A stretch of DNA of 33,186 nucleotides from an uncultured Bacilli bacterium (GCA_947629075.1 CANRCI010000003.1:1-33186), one strand, 5' to 3'. Positions 19,475 to 28,581 are shown, counted from the first letter of the stretch. Notes: generated from the letters alone by a model not told the origin. Translations and numbers: made by a program.

Positions 19475-19674
19475 AATTAACCCTCCTTAATTATTATATG
19501 TTGCAGCAATAATGCTTTTCCCCGTTGTTGCCCACATTATACACCTTTTTTGATAAAAAGTAAAGAGGCTTTTGAATTATAATTACTTAAAGACTTAAAT
19601 GCAACTTTAAAATGATAAAACACACCGATTAACTTCAGTTTTTTAAGGTGATTTTAGAAAGAAAGATAAACAAC

Positions 19675-19703
19675 AAAAAAGTCCATAACTCAATGTTATG
19701 AAC
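19675..19703 (-). terminator. Terminator downstream of the tRNA
   Basis: GTTCATAAC-ATTGA-GTTATGGAC followed by TTTTTT on the minus strand. Confidence 0.7.
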
Positions 19704-19742
19704 CTATATTTTTAAATCGCACGGTGCGACTTTCAAACTATA

Positions 19743-19828
19743 TGGTGCAGGAGATGGGACTTGAACCCACACGGTATTGCTACCAAAGGTGTTTGAGACC
19801 TTCGCGTCTACCATTCCGCCACTCCTGC
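19743..19828 (-). tRNA. tRNA-Leu (CAA), CCA end encoded
   Basis: GCAGGAG acceptor stem, GGCGGAATGGTAGACGC D-arm, AAGGT-CTCAAAC-ACCTT anticodon arm, long variable arm, GTTCAAGTC T-loop, ACCA end. Confidence 0.97.
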
Positions 19829-19874
19829 GTCGTAAAAGATTATATCACAAAACGATAATATTTTACAACATAAT

Positions 19875-20483
19875 TTAAATTATATCTAATTCTTCTGTTT
19901 CTTTGATGTCATCATGTATCTCTAAATTCTCTGTATATTTAGAATGATAAAGGTCAGTATCATCTTCATTTTCAACGATTTTTTCAAACTTTGGTAGATC
20001 ATCCTTACTAGCAAGTCCAAAGTAATCTAAAAATTCACTAGTCGTTTTATAGAGAATTGGTCTTCCTGGTAAATCACTTCGTCCACTCTCTTTTACTAAA
20101 CCCTTGGCAACTAGTTTTTTAATCATCTCACGAGATGACACTCCTCTTATCTCATCGACCATAAGTCTCGTCACTGGTTCGTTGTAAGCGATAATGGCAA
20201 GTGTCTCTAAAGCAGCTTGACTCAAGGTATTAGACTCTGGCGTTTCAATTAATTTCTGATAAAAATCTTTATGTTCTTTTTTAGTAGTAAGTTTAAATCT
20301 ATCACCTAAAAAATTAATTCTTATTCCATAGCTATCACTTTCATAACGTTCTTTCAGTGCTATTACTAATTGTTTAGCTTGATCGTTATCTATTTCTAAG
20401 ATCTCTTCTATTTGGTTGATAGTTAATCCTTCATCACCAACGACAAATAAAAGACCTTCTAATACTCCTTCTAAATTCATCAT
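19875..20483 (-). CDS. scpB: SMC-Scp complex subunit ScpB
   Basis: Motifs LEGLLFVVGDEGL, LSQAALETLAIIAYNEPVTR, GRPILYKTT..FLDYFGL. Confidence 0.97.
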   Translation of the reverse strand: MMNLEGVLEGLLFVVGDEGLTINQIEEILEIDNDQAKQLVIALKERYESDSYGIRINFLGDRFKLTTKKEHKDFYQKLIETPESNTLSQAALETLAIIAYNEPVTRLMVDEIRGVSSREMIKKLVAKGLVKESGRSDLPGRPILYKTTSEFLDYFGLASKDDLPKFEKIVENEDDTDLYHSKYTENLEIHDDIKETEELDII

Positions 20484-21193
20484 ATCGCCTCACAAACTAT
20501 ATCTTCAAAATTATTATCTTGATGAATGCTTATTTCTCTAGTTTTAGCCATTTCTAAAATAGCCAAAAAAGTTACAACTAAATATTCTCTTGTCATAACA
20601 TCAAAAAGTTCAAAGAATCTAACACGTTTCTTACTACTTATCAATTTCTTTATCGATTTTCTTCTCTCTTCGACAGTTATCTCACGCTTAGTTATTTTAG
20701 TATTTAATGGCCTATTCTGTTCTTGTCTCTTTAAGAATTTTTTAAAAGCATCAACTAAGTCATCTAATGAGACATCGGATGTATTGACAAATTTAATGTC
20801 CGGTTCTAACTCTTTTAGATTTTCTGGAGATTTAGTATAAATTAACATTCTCTCTTTTTCAAGTGATTTGAAATCTTCAGTCAAGTCTTTATAATGTTGA
20901 TATTCGATTAATCGGTTTACCAATTGTTCTCGAGGATCTTCTTCTGATTCCTCTTCTTCTTCATGTCTTGGAAGTAACATTTTAGATTTTAATTCGATCA
21001 ATTCACTGGCCATTACTAAGTATGAACTAGCTATATCTAAATTCATTTCTTTCATAGCGTTTATATAATCTAAGTATTGATTGGTTATCACTTCTATCTT
21101 TAAATCAAAGATATCCATTTTCGATTCTTTAATTAGATGAAGTAATAAATCTAATGGGCCCTCAAACTGGTCGATTTTTAATGTGTATTCCAT
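20480..21193 (-). CDS. scpA: Segregation/condensation protein ScpA (kleisin)
   Basis: Motifs FEGPLDLLLHLI, YLVMASELIELKSKMLLP, VVTFLAILEM. Confidence 0.97.
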   Translation of the reverse strand: MEYTLKIDQFEGPLDLLLHLIKESKMDIFDLKIEVITNQYLDYINAMKEMNLDIASSYLVMASELIELKSKMLLPRHEEEEESEEDPREQLVNRLIEYQHYKDLTEDFKSLEKERMLIYTKSPENLKELEPDIKFVNTSDVSLDDLVDAFKKFLKRQEQNRPLNTKITKREITVEERRKSIKKLISSKKRVRFFELFDVMTREYLVVTFLAILEMAKTREISIHQDNNFEDIVCEAI

Positions 21194-21285
21194 ATCATCA
21201 CTTCCATTATAATAATACCATAACTTTATTTGACAAGCAAAATATTAATCGGAATTTAAGTTTTGTTAGGAAAAAATAGCTAAAC

Positions 21286-21309
21286 AAAAAAAGAAGCCAG
21301 ATAGCTTCT
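21286..21309 (-). terminator. Terminator after the spoVA operon
   Basis: AGAAGC/GCTTCT stem plus a T-tract on the minus strand. Confidence 0.55.
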
Positions 21310-21658
21310 AATTTTTTGGTCTAAATATAAGTGTAAAGATAAATGTAAAGAGAATAGCTGCCGTTATTCCACTTGCTGTTAGGTCGAACATTCCCATCAT
21401 GAGACCGATAAAACCGAACTCGTTAGCTTTAGCTAACGCCCCATGAATTAGGGAATGACCAAAACTTGTAATCGGTACTAAAGCTCCACCACCTACATAA
21501 GCGATAATGGTATCATACCAACTAAAGCAATCGAGAAAAGCTCCTAAAACGACAAACATACTAGTAATATGACCAGGAGTTAATTTGGTATTATCTAAAA
21601 TTATTTGACCCAACAGACATAGTGCACCGCTGAATAAAAATGAATATAGATATATCAC
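21308..21658 (-). CDS. spoVAE: Stage V sporulation protein AE (SpoVAEb-type)
   Basis: Motifs CLLGQIILD.TKLTPGH, GGGALVPITSFGHSL, AGITAAILF...FRPK. GTG start overlaps the spoVAD stop. Confidence 0.93.
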   Translation of the reverse strand: MIYLYSFLFSGALCLLGQIILDNTKLTPGHITSMFVVLGAFLDCFSWYDTIIAYVGGGALVPITSFGHSLIHGALAKANEFGFIGLMMGMFDLTASGITAAILFTFIFTLIFRPKN

Positions 21659-22650
21659 TATACCACCTCCAAACTAATCGCATGGGCAATTGAGTTTATC
21701 GGTTCGTGTTGGTAGACAAAAGTTGGGGAAAATAGTGCTCCGGTTGCTACAATCAATACTCTTTTTAACTGATGTCTTTCCATCAGAGGAAATATGTGTG
21801 AATAATTTACTAAAGCAGTACAAGCTGGACCACTTCCACCAGCCATTACTTCTTCTTGCATTTCTAAATCGTAAAGCATTGTACCAGTATCATCATAATT
21901 ATTACTGATATCTATTTTGTATTCACTGTGCAAGTAATCGATAAGTATTTCTTTACCATATCTTCCTAAATCACCAGTTAAAATCAAATCGTAATAAGAA
22001 GCATCTCTCTTTTTATCTTTTAAGTGTTGATAAATTGTATCTCCTGCTGCTACTGCCATAACAGCTCCCATATTAAAGGGATCAGTTTGATTCATATCCA
22101 TAACTTTACCAATTGTTGACGATTCAACTTTAATTTTACTTTTAGTCGAAGTTAGATAACAACTCGCCCCACCCGTTGCGGTAAAAGTAGCTGTCTTAGG
22201 TTTAGGAGCTCCATATTCAGTAGGATTTCTAAACTGTTTTTCACTAGACATGTTGTGAGAAGAAACTGACACGATACTATTTTTTATCTTACCACTATCT
22301 ATTAGAGATGATGCTAAAATCAATCCCTCAACACTAGTTGCACAAGCTGCATATATTCCTAGAAAAGGAAATTCATACTTTAATGCTGCATAACTAGATG
22401 AAGTAATCTGATTTAGAAGATCACCTGCTATAAACATATCAATGTTTTTCTTATCTTTATTGATTTTGTTTAATAAGATATCAATACTATCCTGCATAAG
22501 TTTAACTTCCGCTTTTTCCCAAGTCTTTTCACCATTATATAAATCTGTATAATAACGATCAAACTTACTACCTAGTGGTCCATCTTTTTCATATGGTCCT
22601 ACGACAGTTGAATAATTATTTATATACACATTATTATAATTAAAAGTCAT
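21658..22650 (-). CDS. spoVAD: Stage V sporulation protein AD (DPA-binding, thiolase-like fold)
   Basis: Motifs GPLG..FD, TWEKAE, AGDLLNQ, EKQFRNPTEYG, NMGAVMA.AA, YDLILTGDLG, GGSG.AC. Confidence 0.96.
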   Translation of the reverse strand: MTFNYNNVYINNYSTVVGPYEKDGPLGSKFDRYYTDLYNGEKTWEKAEVKLMQDSIDILLNKINKDKKNIDMFIAGDLLNQITSSSYAALKYEFPFLGIYAACATSVEGLILASSLIDSGKIKNSIVSVSSHNMSSEKQFRNPTEYGAPKPKTATFTATGGASCYLTSTKSKIKVESSTIGKVMDMNQTDPFNMGAVMAVAAGDTIYQHLKDKKRDASYYDLILTGDLGRYGKEILIDYLHSEYKIDISNNYDDTGTMLYDLEMQEEVMAGGSGPACTALVNYSHIFPLMERHQLKRVLIVATGALFSPTFVYQHEPINSIAHAISLEVV

Positions 22651-23093
22651 TATACCCCTCCTAATAACAAGTATCTAATCATCCCGAAGAACCATGCCGA
22701 AACTACACCATAGAGGATAACTGATCCAGCTAATTTAAATATATTACTTCCAATACCATATATTGGTCCTTCTTTTCTATATTCCATACCACTACTCATC
22801 ATCGAATGAGCGAATCCCGTAATAGGAATAATGAATCCACATTTACCGAATGATACCCATTTATCAAAGAAACCTAAAGCTGTAAACAGGCACGATACAA
22901 ATATTAGAGTTACACTCATAAAGACAGTTGCGTCTTTAGTTGATATATCGAATATATAAGTGTAAAACTCAATTAGGAGTTGTCCTAAAACGCCAATCAT
23001 TCCACCGATCACAAATGCTATAAAAGCATTTTTTAATCTGGGTTCTGTAGGTTTATGGCGATCAACAATTTTTTGATATTCTCTTTTTTCCAT
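22650..23093 (-). CDS. spoVAC: Stage V sporulation protein AC
   Basis: Motifs AFVIGG.IG..GQ, IPITGFAHSM.S..MEYRKEG, FKLAGSVILYG. Confidence 0.95.
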   Translation of the reverse strand: MEKREYQKIVDRHKPTEPRLKNAFIAFVIGGMIGVLGQLLIEFYTYIFDISTKDATVFMSVTLIFVSCLFTALGFFDKWVSFGKCGFIIPITGFAHSMMSSGMEYRKEGPIYGIGSNIFKLAGSVILYGVVSAWFFGMIRYLLLGGV

Positions 23094-23107
23094 ATTATCA
23101 CCACTAA

Positions 23108-23136
23108 TATTGTGATAACTTTTCTATTTTTTATAC
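23108..23136 (-). promoter_or_regulatory. Forespore SigG/SigF-type promoter for spoVA
   Basis: GTATA-N17-CACAATA on the minus strand, within the 44-nt sigF-spoVAC gap. Confidence 0.55.
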
Positions 23137-23137
23137 A

Positions 23138-23797
23138 CTACGATAATAATTTATTTTTTATTTTGTTTTTTATTTTAGTTTCCCGTCTCGATACTTGAAC
23201 TTGATTGATATTTAATTTTTTACTGACTTCACTCTGACTTAAATCATCGTAATAGCGATATTTGATCAAATCTTGTTCTTCTTGTGGTAATGAATCAATT
23301 GCATCTTTTAACATTATTACTTCTTCGTCAAATCCTTTTTCTTCATATTTAATCGAGTCGTATAAATTCATCGTCTTATTTTCATCATCACTCAATTCGT
23401 AATCGAGACTTTTAACATAATCACTAGCTTTAATGGCATCATCAACTTCTTCAATACTTTTACCTAGAGCAAGAGCAATTTCCTCATTAGTTGGTTCACT
23501 CAAAAATTCCTGTTGCAGTTTCTCTTTCATCCTGCGAATATCTCTTCCCAGTTTCAAAGTATCTTTCCCAATCTTTAAAAGTCGGTTTTCCCGAACGTAT
23601 TTTAAGGCTTCACCCATTATGTACAATCTAGCAAAAGTAGAAAACTTGGTATTATATTCTTCTTTATAATTTTCTTTAGCTTTTAAAAGAGCCATGAGCC
23701 CTACTTGTACTAAATCTTCATAATCATTATTGTATGCATATTTATAGACAATACTTGATACATATTTTCGATAACTCTCTATTTCTTCGTTAGTCAT
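23138..23797 (-). CDS. sigF: Forespore sigma factor SigF (N-terminally short)
   Basis: Motifs EDLVQVG..ALLKA, KFSTFA..YIMGE, EPT.EEIA, RYY.DLSQSEV...L.INQVQVSR (QVQ as in SigF). Located between the spoIIAA-like gene and spoVAC; RBS AGGAGG. Confidence 0.85.
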   Translation of the reverse strand: MTNEEIESYRKYVSSIVYKYAYNNDYEDLVQVGLMALLKAKENYKEEYNTKFSTFARLYIMGEALKYVRENRLLKIGKDTLKLGRDIRRMKEKLQQEFLSEPTNEEIALALGKSIEEVDDAIKASDYVKSLDYELSDDENKTMNLYDSIKYEEKGFDEEVIMLKDAIDSLPQEEQDLIKYRYYDDLSQSEVSKKLNINQVQVSRRETKIKNKIKNKLLS

Positions 23798-23805
23798 TTT
23801 CCCTC

Positions 23806-24000
23806 CTATATCAAATAGCTAAAATAATTACTATCTAATCCACTACAACAATTTCTATCGATAAATATTACATTGATACCACCAATTCTTACTACTTCTG
23901 TTAACGACTTTCTAATCTCTAAAAGATTATTCTTATTTACTCTTCCCTCTATCCTTAAAAACATTACCCCTTTCTTATACTCATATTCTAAATTTATCAT
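23806..24000 (-). CDS. spoIIAA: Truncated SpoIIAA-like (N-terminal half of a STAS domain)
   Basis: LRIEGRVN aligns with IRLTGELD and IFIDRNCCSGLDS with IVLNLEDLSFMDS; stops 7 aa after the DS. Start is ATG 24000 or GTG 24009. May be a decaying pseudogene. Confidence 0.65.
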   Translation of the reverse strand: MINLEYEYKKGVMFLRIEGRVNKNNLLEIRKSLTEVVRIGGINVIFIDRNCCSGLDSNYFSYLI

Positions 24001-24048
24001 TACAACCACGTCCCTAATATAAAATGTTAAAAAACTCTTTTATAGTTT

Positions 24049-24081
24049 TTCGACAAAAGAAATTAATTTTTTCTTTCGACA
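24049..24081 (-). promoter_or_regulatory. Tandem Spo0A boxes
   Basis: TTTGTCGAAA occurs twice on the minus strand (TTCGACA at 24049-24055 and 24075-24081), upstream of the spoIIA operon, a canonical Spo0A target. Confidence 0.8.
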
Positions 24082-24140
24082 AAGTGTCTACCTATATTAT
24101 TACAATCGATAATTAAATTTACTCAAAAAAAAGAAATAAA

Positions 24141-26408
24141 TTATTTTTTATTTCTCTTTTTATTATTTCGTTTTTTACCGTTAGTTTTTTTCTTACCCGT
24201 CTTCTTTTTCTCAATTGTAAGTTCGCGGTAACTAGCAAAGATAATTAAGAATAGTCCTATTACTAATAAGAAAATAGATATTGGGGTTTTTTCTAACCAA
24301 TTATATATATTATATAGAATGTTAACTATTACTAAAGCAATACCTAGTAGGAATAGTTTGTCGTATTTTTTGTTTACAAAACCGAAGAAAGCTACTCCAA
24401 TCGATAGAACAATGGCATAAATAGATAAGTAAAGACTTTGATCAAACATGACAATTAATACGGAAATTAGTGAGCCTGCTACAGCAATATATTGACGATA
24501 GTCTTTGTTCTTGACAAATTTATTAATGACAAATGTTAGATATAAAACTAAAACGGAAAGGAAAAAAGTATTCCATATTTCTGAGTTATAAGCATCGATT
24601 AATGAATAGATAGGTATGGCGATTGCAACTAAAGTTATGTTTTTCTTAGTCTTATCGTCATCGTGATAAAAGACTGATATCATATATAACAATAGAGCAA
24701 TGACATTAGCAACGATATAATTATCATTAGTACTCTCAATGAAGTGTTGATCGATAGCATAACTTCCTAAATAAATCGTAAACAGTAAAATAGCAAAAGC
24801 CACATTAGTAAGTTTAGGATCATCTTTTTTATATATTCCTACTACGTAATAATAACCGATAATAGTTAATATAACTAATAGAATTGCATAAATATTTCCA
24901 AAAGTCGCTACTTTTATGACTGATATCAAAGCTAGAACCAAACTTATATATTTATACATATTGATAAGTTTTTTATTTTTAAATACGCCATAAAGAATAA
25001 CGCTGATTAAGAATAAGATACCGATTAACAATTCATAAAGATCAAATGCAAAATAATTATTGAAGAATAGTAAGAATCCTAAAACGAACATAAATACTTT
25101 AACAGGATGGATATAAGCTTCAAAAGCATACTCATCTAAAGATTCAAAACTCATACATGCCAGACACATAAACATCGATACTACTGAGATAATAATTGGT
25201 AACCAAGTAGGATTGTGTAGTGATAATATAAAAGCAAATAAAGTTAGTATGTCAGCTGTTATAAGTGATGACGTTATCAGTAATTTTCGCTTGTACAATA
25301 GTGCTACTAGATATACGAAAACAGCATAAACCGTTATTCCTAAAGCCCAAAGTTCAATCGAAAAGTTTAACGTTAAAAACAATGGTATGACAAACAAGAA
25401 AGACGCTAGTGGTGCAAAATAATTTAAATCACTATCTTCATTCTTTTTAACCCAACTGTATATCTCATAAACGAATAAAATGGTAAGTATTAATACAGAT
25501 AAATAGTTGTCAAAAAAGAATTGAAAAGTAACAAAACATAACATTGAAATAAGAGTTATTATCTTAGAGAAAGCATAGAGAATTTTACTTCTAAACTTCT
25601 CACTGTAATAAGTAAATTTACCAAGTAAAATAAACAATGGTGCAATGGTAAACAACGTATCTTCAACACTCAAAGCTAAAAAGCGATCCATTTGGAAAAT
25701 AGCAAGTAGTAATAATGTGTACAATATGTATAAAATGTTATCTTTTTCAAAATTGCAATAAGATATGAATGTTAAAAAAGCTGCTAAAAGATAGAAAGAA
25801 ACGTAATAAAAACTGCGACCAGCTCCTAAAAGAGAAAACCAATTGCCAAATATTCCGGCATATCCAGCTGATAGAAAAGCAAACAAGATAAAGATCATTC
25901 CTAATGTCCAAGATACATAAGCACTAGATTTAATTCCTACTCTATTTTTACTAAATCGATATATCGCAAACAGAATAATACTACCTAAAATAAAAATAAA
26001 TATTCGCGATAAATAGTTAACTCTAGCCCAAGACGATGTAGCAAATAAAAACCCAGCTACACTTATTAAAACAATTCCTAATTTTAAGAACATGTCCAAC
26101 TTCTTTATTTCAGGATCTACTTGTTCTTTTTTTACTTTCTTTTTCTTTTTTTCAATATCCGATACAGCCCAAACAGTTAAAATTGATCCCACAATATTAA
26201 AGAGCAACAATACAATAGCAACGCCATACAAAACATTTTCTTTTTTTATCAAAGTCGCATAATTTTCAGAACTAAAATATAATAAAAAGATTGAAACTCC
26301 CGATAAAACAATAGATGGAATAGATACTAAACCAAACAACCCGACTGAAATGAACAAAGCTAAGATGTTACTAATCAAAACAACATCTAGCTTGGACTTT
26401 ACGCTCAC
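24141..26408 (-). CDS. Large polytopic membrane protein (about 20 or more TM segments) of unknown function
   Basis: Continuous hydrophobic segments, FLFATSSW motif and a Lys-rich C-tail. GTG 26408 follows GAGGTG (ORF-track start 26417). Confidence 0.75.
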   Translation of the reverse strand: MSVKSKLDVVLISNILALFISVGLFGLVSIPSIVLSGVSIFLLYFSSENYATLIKKENVLYGVAIVLLLFNIVGSILTVWAVSDIEKKKKKVKKEQVDPEIKKLDMFLKLGIVLISVAGFLFATSSWARVNYLSRIFIFILGSIILFAIYRFSKNRVGIKSSAYVSWTLGMIFILFAFLSAGYAGIFGNWFSLLGAGRSFYYVSFYLLAAFLTFISYCNFEKDNILYILYTLLLLAIFQMDRFLALSVEDTLFTIAPLFILLGKFTYYSEKFRSKILYAFSKIITLISMLCFVTFQFFFDNYLSVLILTILFVYEIYSWVKKNEDSDLNYFAPLASFLFVIPLFLTLNFSIELWALGITVYAVFVYLVALLYKRKLLITSSLITADILTLFAFILSLHNPTWLPIIISVVSMFMCLACMSFESLDEYAFEAYIHPVKVFMFVLGFLLFFNNYFAFDLYELLIGILFLISVILYGVFKNKKLINMYKYISLVLALISVIKVATFGNIYAILLVILTIIGYYYVVGIYKKDDPKLTNVAFAILLFTIYLGSYAIDQHFIESTNDNYIVANVIALLLYMISVFYHDDDKTKKNITLVAIAIPIYSLIDAYNSEIWNTFFLSVLVLYLTFVINKFVKNKDYRQYIAVAGSLISVLIVMFDQSLYLSIYAIVLSIGVAFFGFVNKKYDKLFLLGIALVIVNILYNIYNWLEKTPISIFLLVIGLFLIIFASYRELTIEKKKTGKKKTNGKKRNNKKRNKK

Positions 26409-26465
26409 TATACTCACCTCTATTATAATTTTAACATAAATGAGACAAATAAAAAAGATACTAAA

Positions 26466-27608
26466 TTAAAATGGATATAAAGTATCTTTTAACACTCTTA
26501 AAAACAGATTAAAAATATTTATTTTATTTACATCTTCTCTGGTGACAATGTTTATTTCATCCACTACTTCGTCATTTAATTTAATATACATTTTACCGAC
26601 AACATCACCTTTTTTTAATGGCAATTTGACTTCATTAATTTTTTTGTCCAAATCGTATTTTAAACTTTGTTCACTTATTTTTTTTAAAATGGTCGCATCT
26701 TTTTCAAGATAGAGATTGGTCTTTCTGGTATCACCTTTTTCGAATTGAATGGTATCGATTACTTCATCTTTCGATTTTAATAGATCAATTTGGTAATTAT
26801 TAAAACCATAATCTAAAAGAGCCATTGTCTCATTGTTTCGTACCTTTCCTTCTTTTTCTCCTAAAACAATGGCGATCAACCTAGTATCATTTCTTTTAGC
26901 AGTTACAGCCATACAATAACCAGCAGCGTCGGTAAATCCTGTCTTTAAGCCATCAGCTCCAGCATAAAATCTTATCAACTTATTGGTATTGACTAGCCAA
27001 AATTTGTTATTGGAATCTACTCTTAAGTAATCTTCATAAATAGAAGTATATTTTAGAACCGTTTCATGTTTTAACAATTCTCTAGCAATTACTGCCATAT
27101 CATAAGCAGTCGAATAATGTCCTTCTTCATCAAGACCAGTTGCATTTTTAAATACCGTATCTTTAAGTCCCAAATCCTTTACTTTTTTATTCATCATTTC
27201 GACGAACTTCTCTTCAGTTCCAGCAATTCTTTCAGCCATTGCTACTGTTGCATCATTGGCACTAGCCATAACAATACCTTTAAAAAGTTCTTCAACCGTC
27301 ATAACTTCACCAGTCTCTAAGTATATTTGACTACCACCCATACCAGATGCATTTTTAGACGCCGTTACTTTATCGCTCCAAGACAATTCACCAGCTTCGA
27401 TATATTCCAGAATTATTATTTGACCAACCATCTTAGTCATCGAAGCCACTGCCAATTTTTCATTGCGATTTTTTTCGTAAATTATTTTACCAGTTGACGC
27501 CTCCATAAGAAGAGAACTTTTAGCATTAGGAGTTGGATCTTCACTAGCGTAAACCCTTGGAATTAAAAGAAATAACGCCATCATTGCAATCAAAAACTTC
27601 TTTTTCAT
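26466..27608 (-). CDS. dacF: Serine D-Ala-D-Ala carboxypeptidase (S11), DacF-type
   Basis: SxxK (ASMTK), SxN (SAN) and KTG motifs; MGGSQIYL, FWLVNTNKLIRFY. Syntenic between pdp and spoIIA. ATG 27608 follows GAGGTG. Confidence 0.88.
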   Translation of the reverse strand: MKKKFLIAMMALFLLIPRVYASEDPTPNAKSSLLMEASTGKIIYEKNRNEKLAVASMTKMVGQIIILEYIEAGELSWSDKVTASKNASGMGGSQIYLETGEVMTVEELFKGIVMASANDATVAMAERIAGTEEKFVEMMNKKVKDLGLKDTVFKNATGLDEEGHYSTAYDMAVIARELLKHETVLKYTSIYEDYLRVDSNNKFWLVNTNKLIRFYAGADGLKTGFTDAAGYCMAVTAKRNDTRLIAIVLGEKEGKVRNNETMALLDYGFNNYQIDLLKSKDEVIDTIQFEKGDTRKTNLYLEKDATILKKISEQSLKYDLDKKINEVKLPLKKGDVVGKMYIKLNDEVVDEINIVTREDVNKINIFNLFLRVLKDTLYPF

Positions 27609-27691
27609 CAATTCACCTCTCATTAATAAATATGTCAAAATATGTTTATATATTATCTTTTTTTGAGTATAATTATCTTGAGGTAGAGATA

Positions 27692-28549
27692 ATGAAAAAA
27701 TTTATATTGAGCATATTTTGTATCCTAGTTATTGTATTCGGAGGATTGCTTTCTTACAAGATGTTTTTTACTGATAATGAAGAAAAGAGTACCAATAACC
27801 CAGACAATAATAGTAAAATTGAAAAAAGTAGTGATGAATGGGAAAAAATAGATATATATAAAGAAGAAAATAGAGATAGGTACATAAATTATAAAGATAA
27901 AAATAAAGAACTATCGAATGAACGAGTTGTGCTTCTCGTAAACATTGGGATTGATCAAGATTTTTATACGAACGTCAAACCTGCTTTGAGAAAAGATACT
28001 AATTTAGTCCTTACTAATAAGTTTTATTCTTTAGAAAAAGATTACGTACCGAAGAACTTGGAAACTATCGATTCAAAATATCAAGTTGGTGGAAAAATGC
28101 TTACCCACGATGCGAGAGTTGCCTTTGAAAAGATGGCTCAAGCAGCCCGCGATGATGGATACAACATAAGAGCAGTTTCGACATATCGCAGTTACAACTA
28201 TCAGAATAATTTGTACAACAACTATGTCAATCGTGATGGTAAAGAACAAGCTGATACCTATTCTGCCCGTCCGGGATATTCCGAACATCAAACAGGACTA
28301 GCTGCCGACATCGATAACAATAACACTAGTTACACTTCATTTGGACTTACTAAAGAGTTTACCTGGATGAAAGAAAATGCTTATAAGTACGGATTTATTT
28401 TGCGATATACATCTGAAAATGAATACATCACTGGTTATAAGAACGAACCATGGCATTATCGCTATGTCGGTGTCGATGTTGCAACTAAAATGATGAAAGA
28501 AAACATCTCGAGTTATGAAGAGTATTATTTCAAGTATTTGGACAAATAA
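27692..28549 (+). CDS. M15B Zn D,D-carboxypeptidase (VanY-like), membrane-anchored
   Basis: Motifs S.YRSY..Q, YSARPGYSEHQTGLAAD, KYGFILRY, EPWHYRYVG; N-terminal TM. ATG 27692 follows GAGG. Confidence 0.9.
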   Translation: MKKFILSIFCILVIVFGGLLSYKMFFTDNEEKSTNNPDNNSKIEKSSDEWEKIDIYKEENRDRYINYKDKNKELSNERVVLLVNIGIDQDFYTNVKPALRKDTNLVLTNKFYSLEKDYVPKNLETIDSKYQVGGKMLTHDARVAFEKMAQAARDDGYNIRAVSTYRSYNYQNNLYNNYVNRDGKEQADTYSARPGYSEHQTGLAADIDNNNTSYTSFGLTKEFTWMKENAYKYGFILRYTSENEYITGYKNEPWHYRYVGVDVATKMMKENISSYEEYYFKYLDK

Positions 28550-28581
28550 AAAGAATTTAGCCAAAAACTAAATTCTTTTTT
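28549..28581. terminator. Bidirectional intrinsic terminator
   Basis: AAAAGAATTTAG-N7-CTAAATTCTTTT between convergent genes. Confidence 0.75.

Noticed and set aside
19716-19745. Hairpin TCGCACGGTGCGA next to the tRNA 3' end, and GCGACTTT shared with 16881, considered as prophage/ICE att sites
   Set aside because: The match is only 8 nt and is part of a terminator; no duplicated tRNA 3' end or recombinase was found in the window.
28177-28183. Additional TTCGACA/TGTCGAA matches inside coding regions (also near 20670 and 29897)
   Set aside because: Intragenic 7-mers expected by chance; not in a promoter context.
27692-28549. VanY-like gene considered as a vancomycin resistance locus
   Set aside because: No vanA/B ligase, vanH, vanX or vanRS nearby; M15B peptidases are common housekeeping enzymes.
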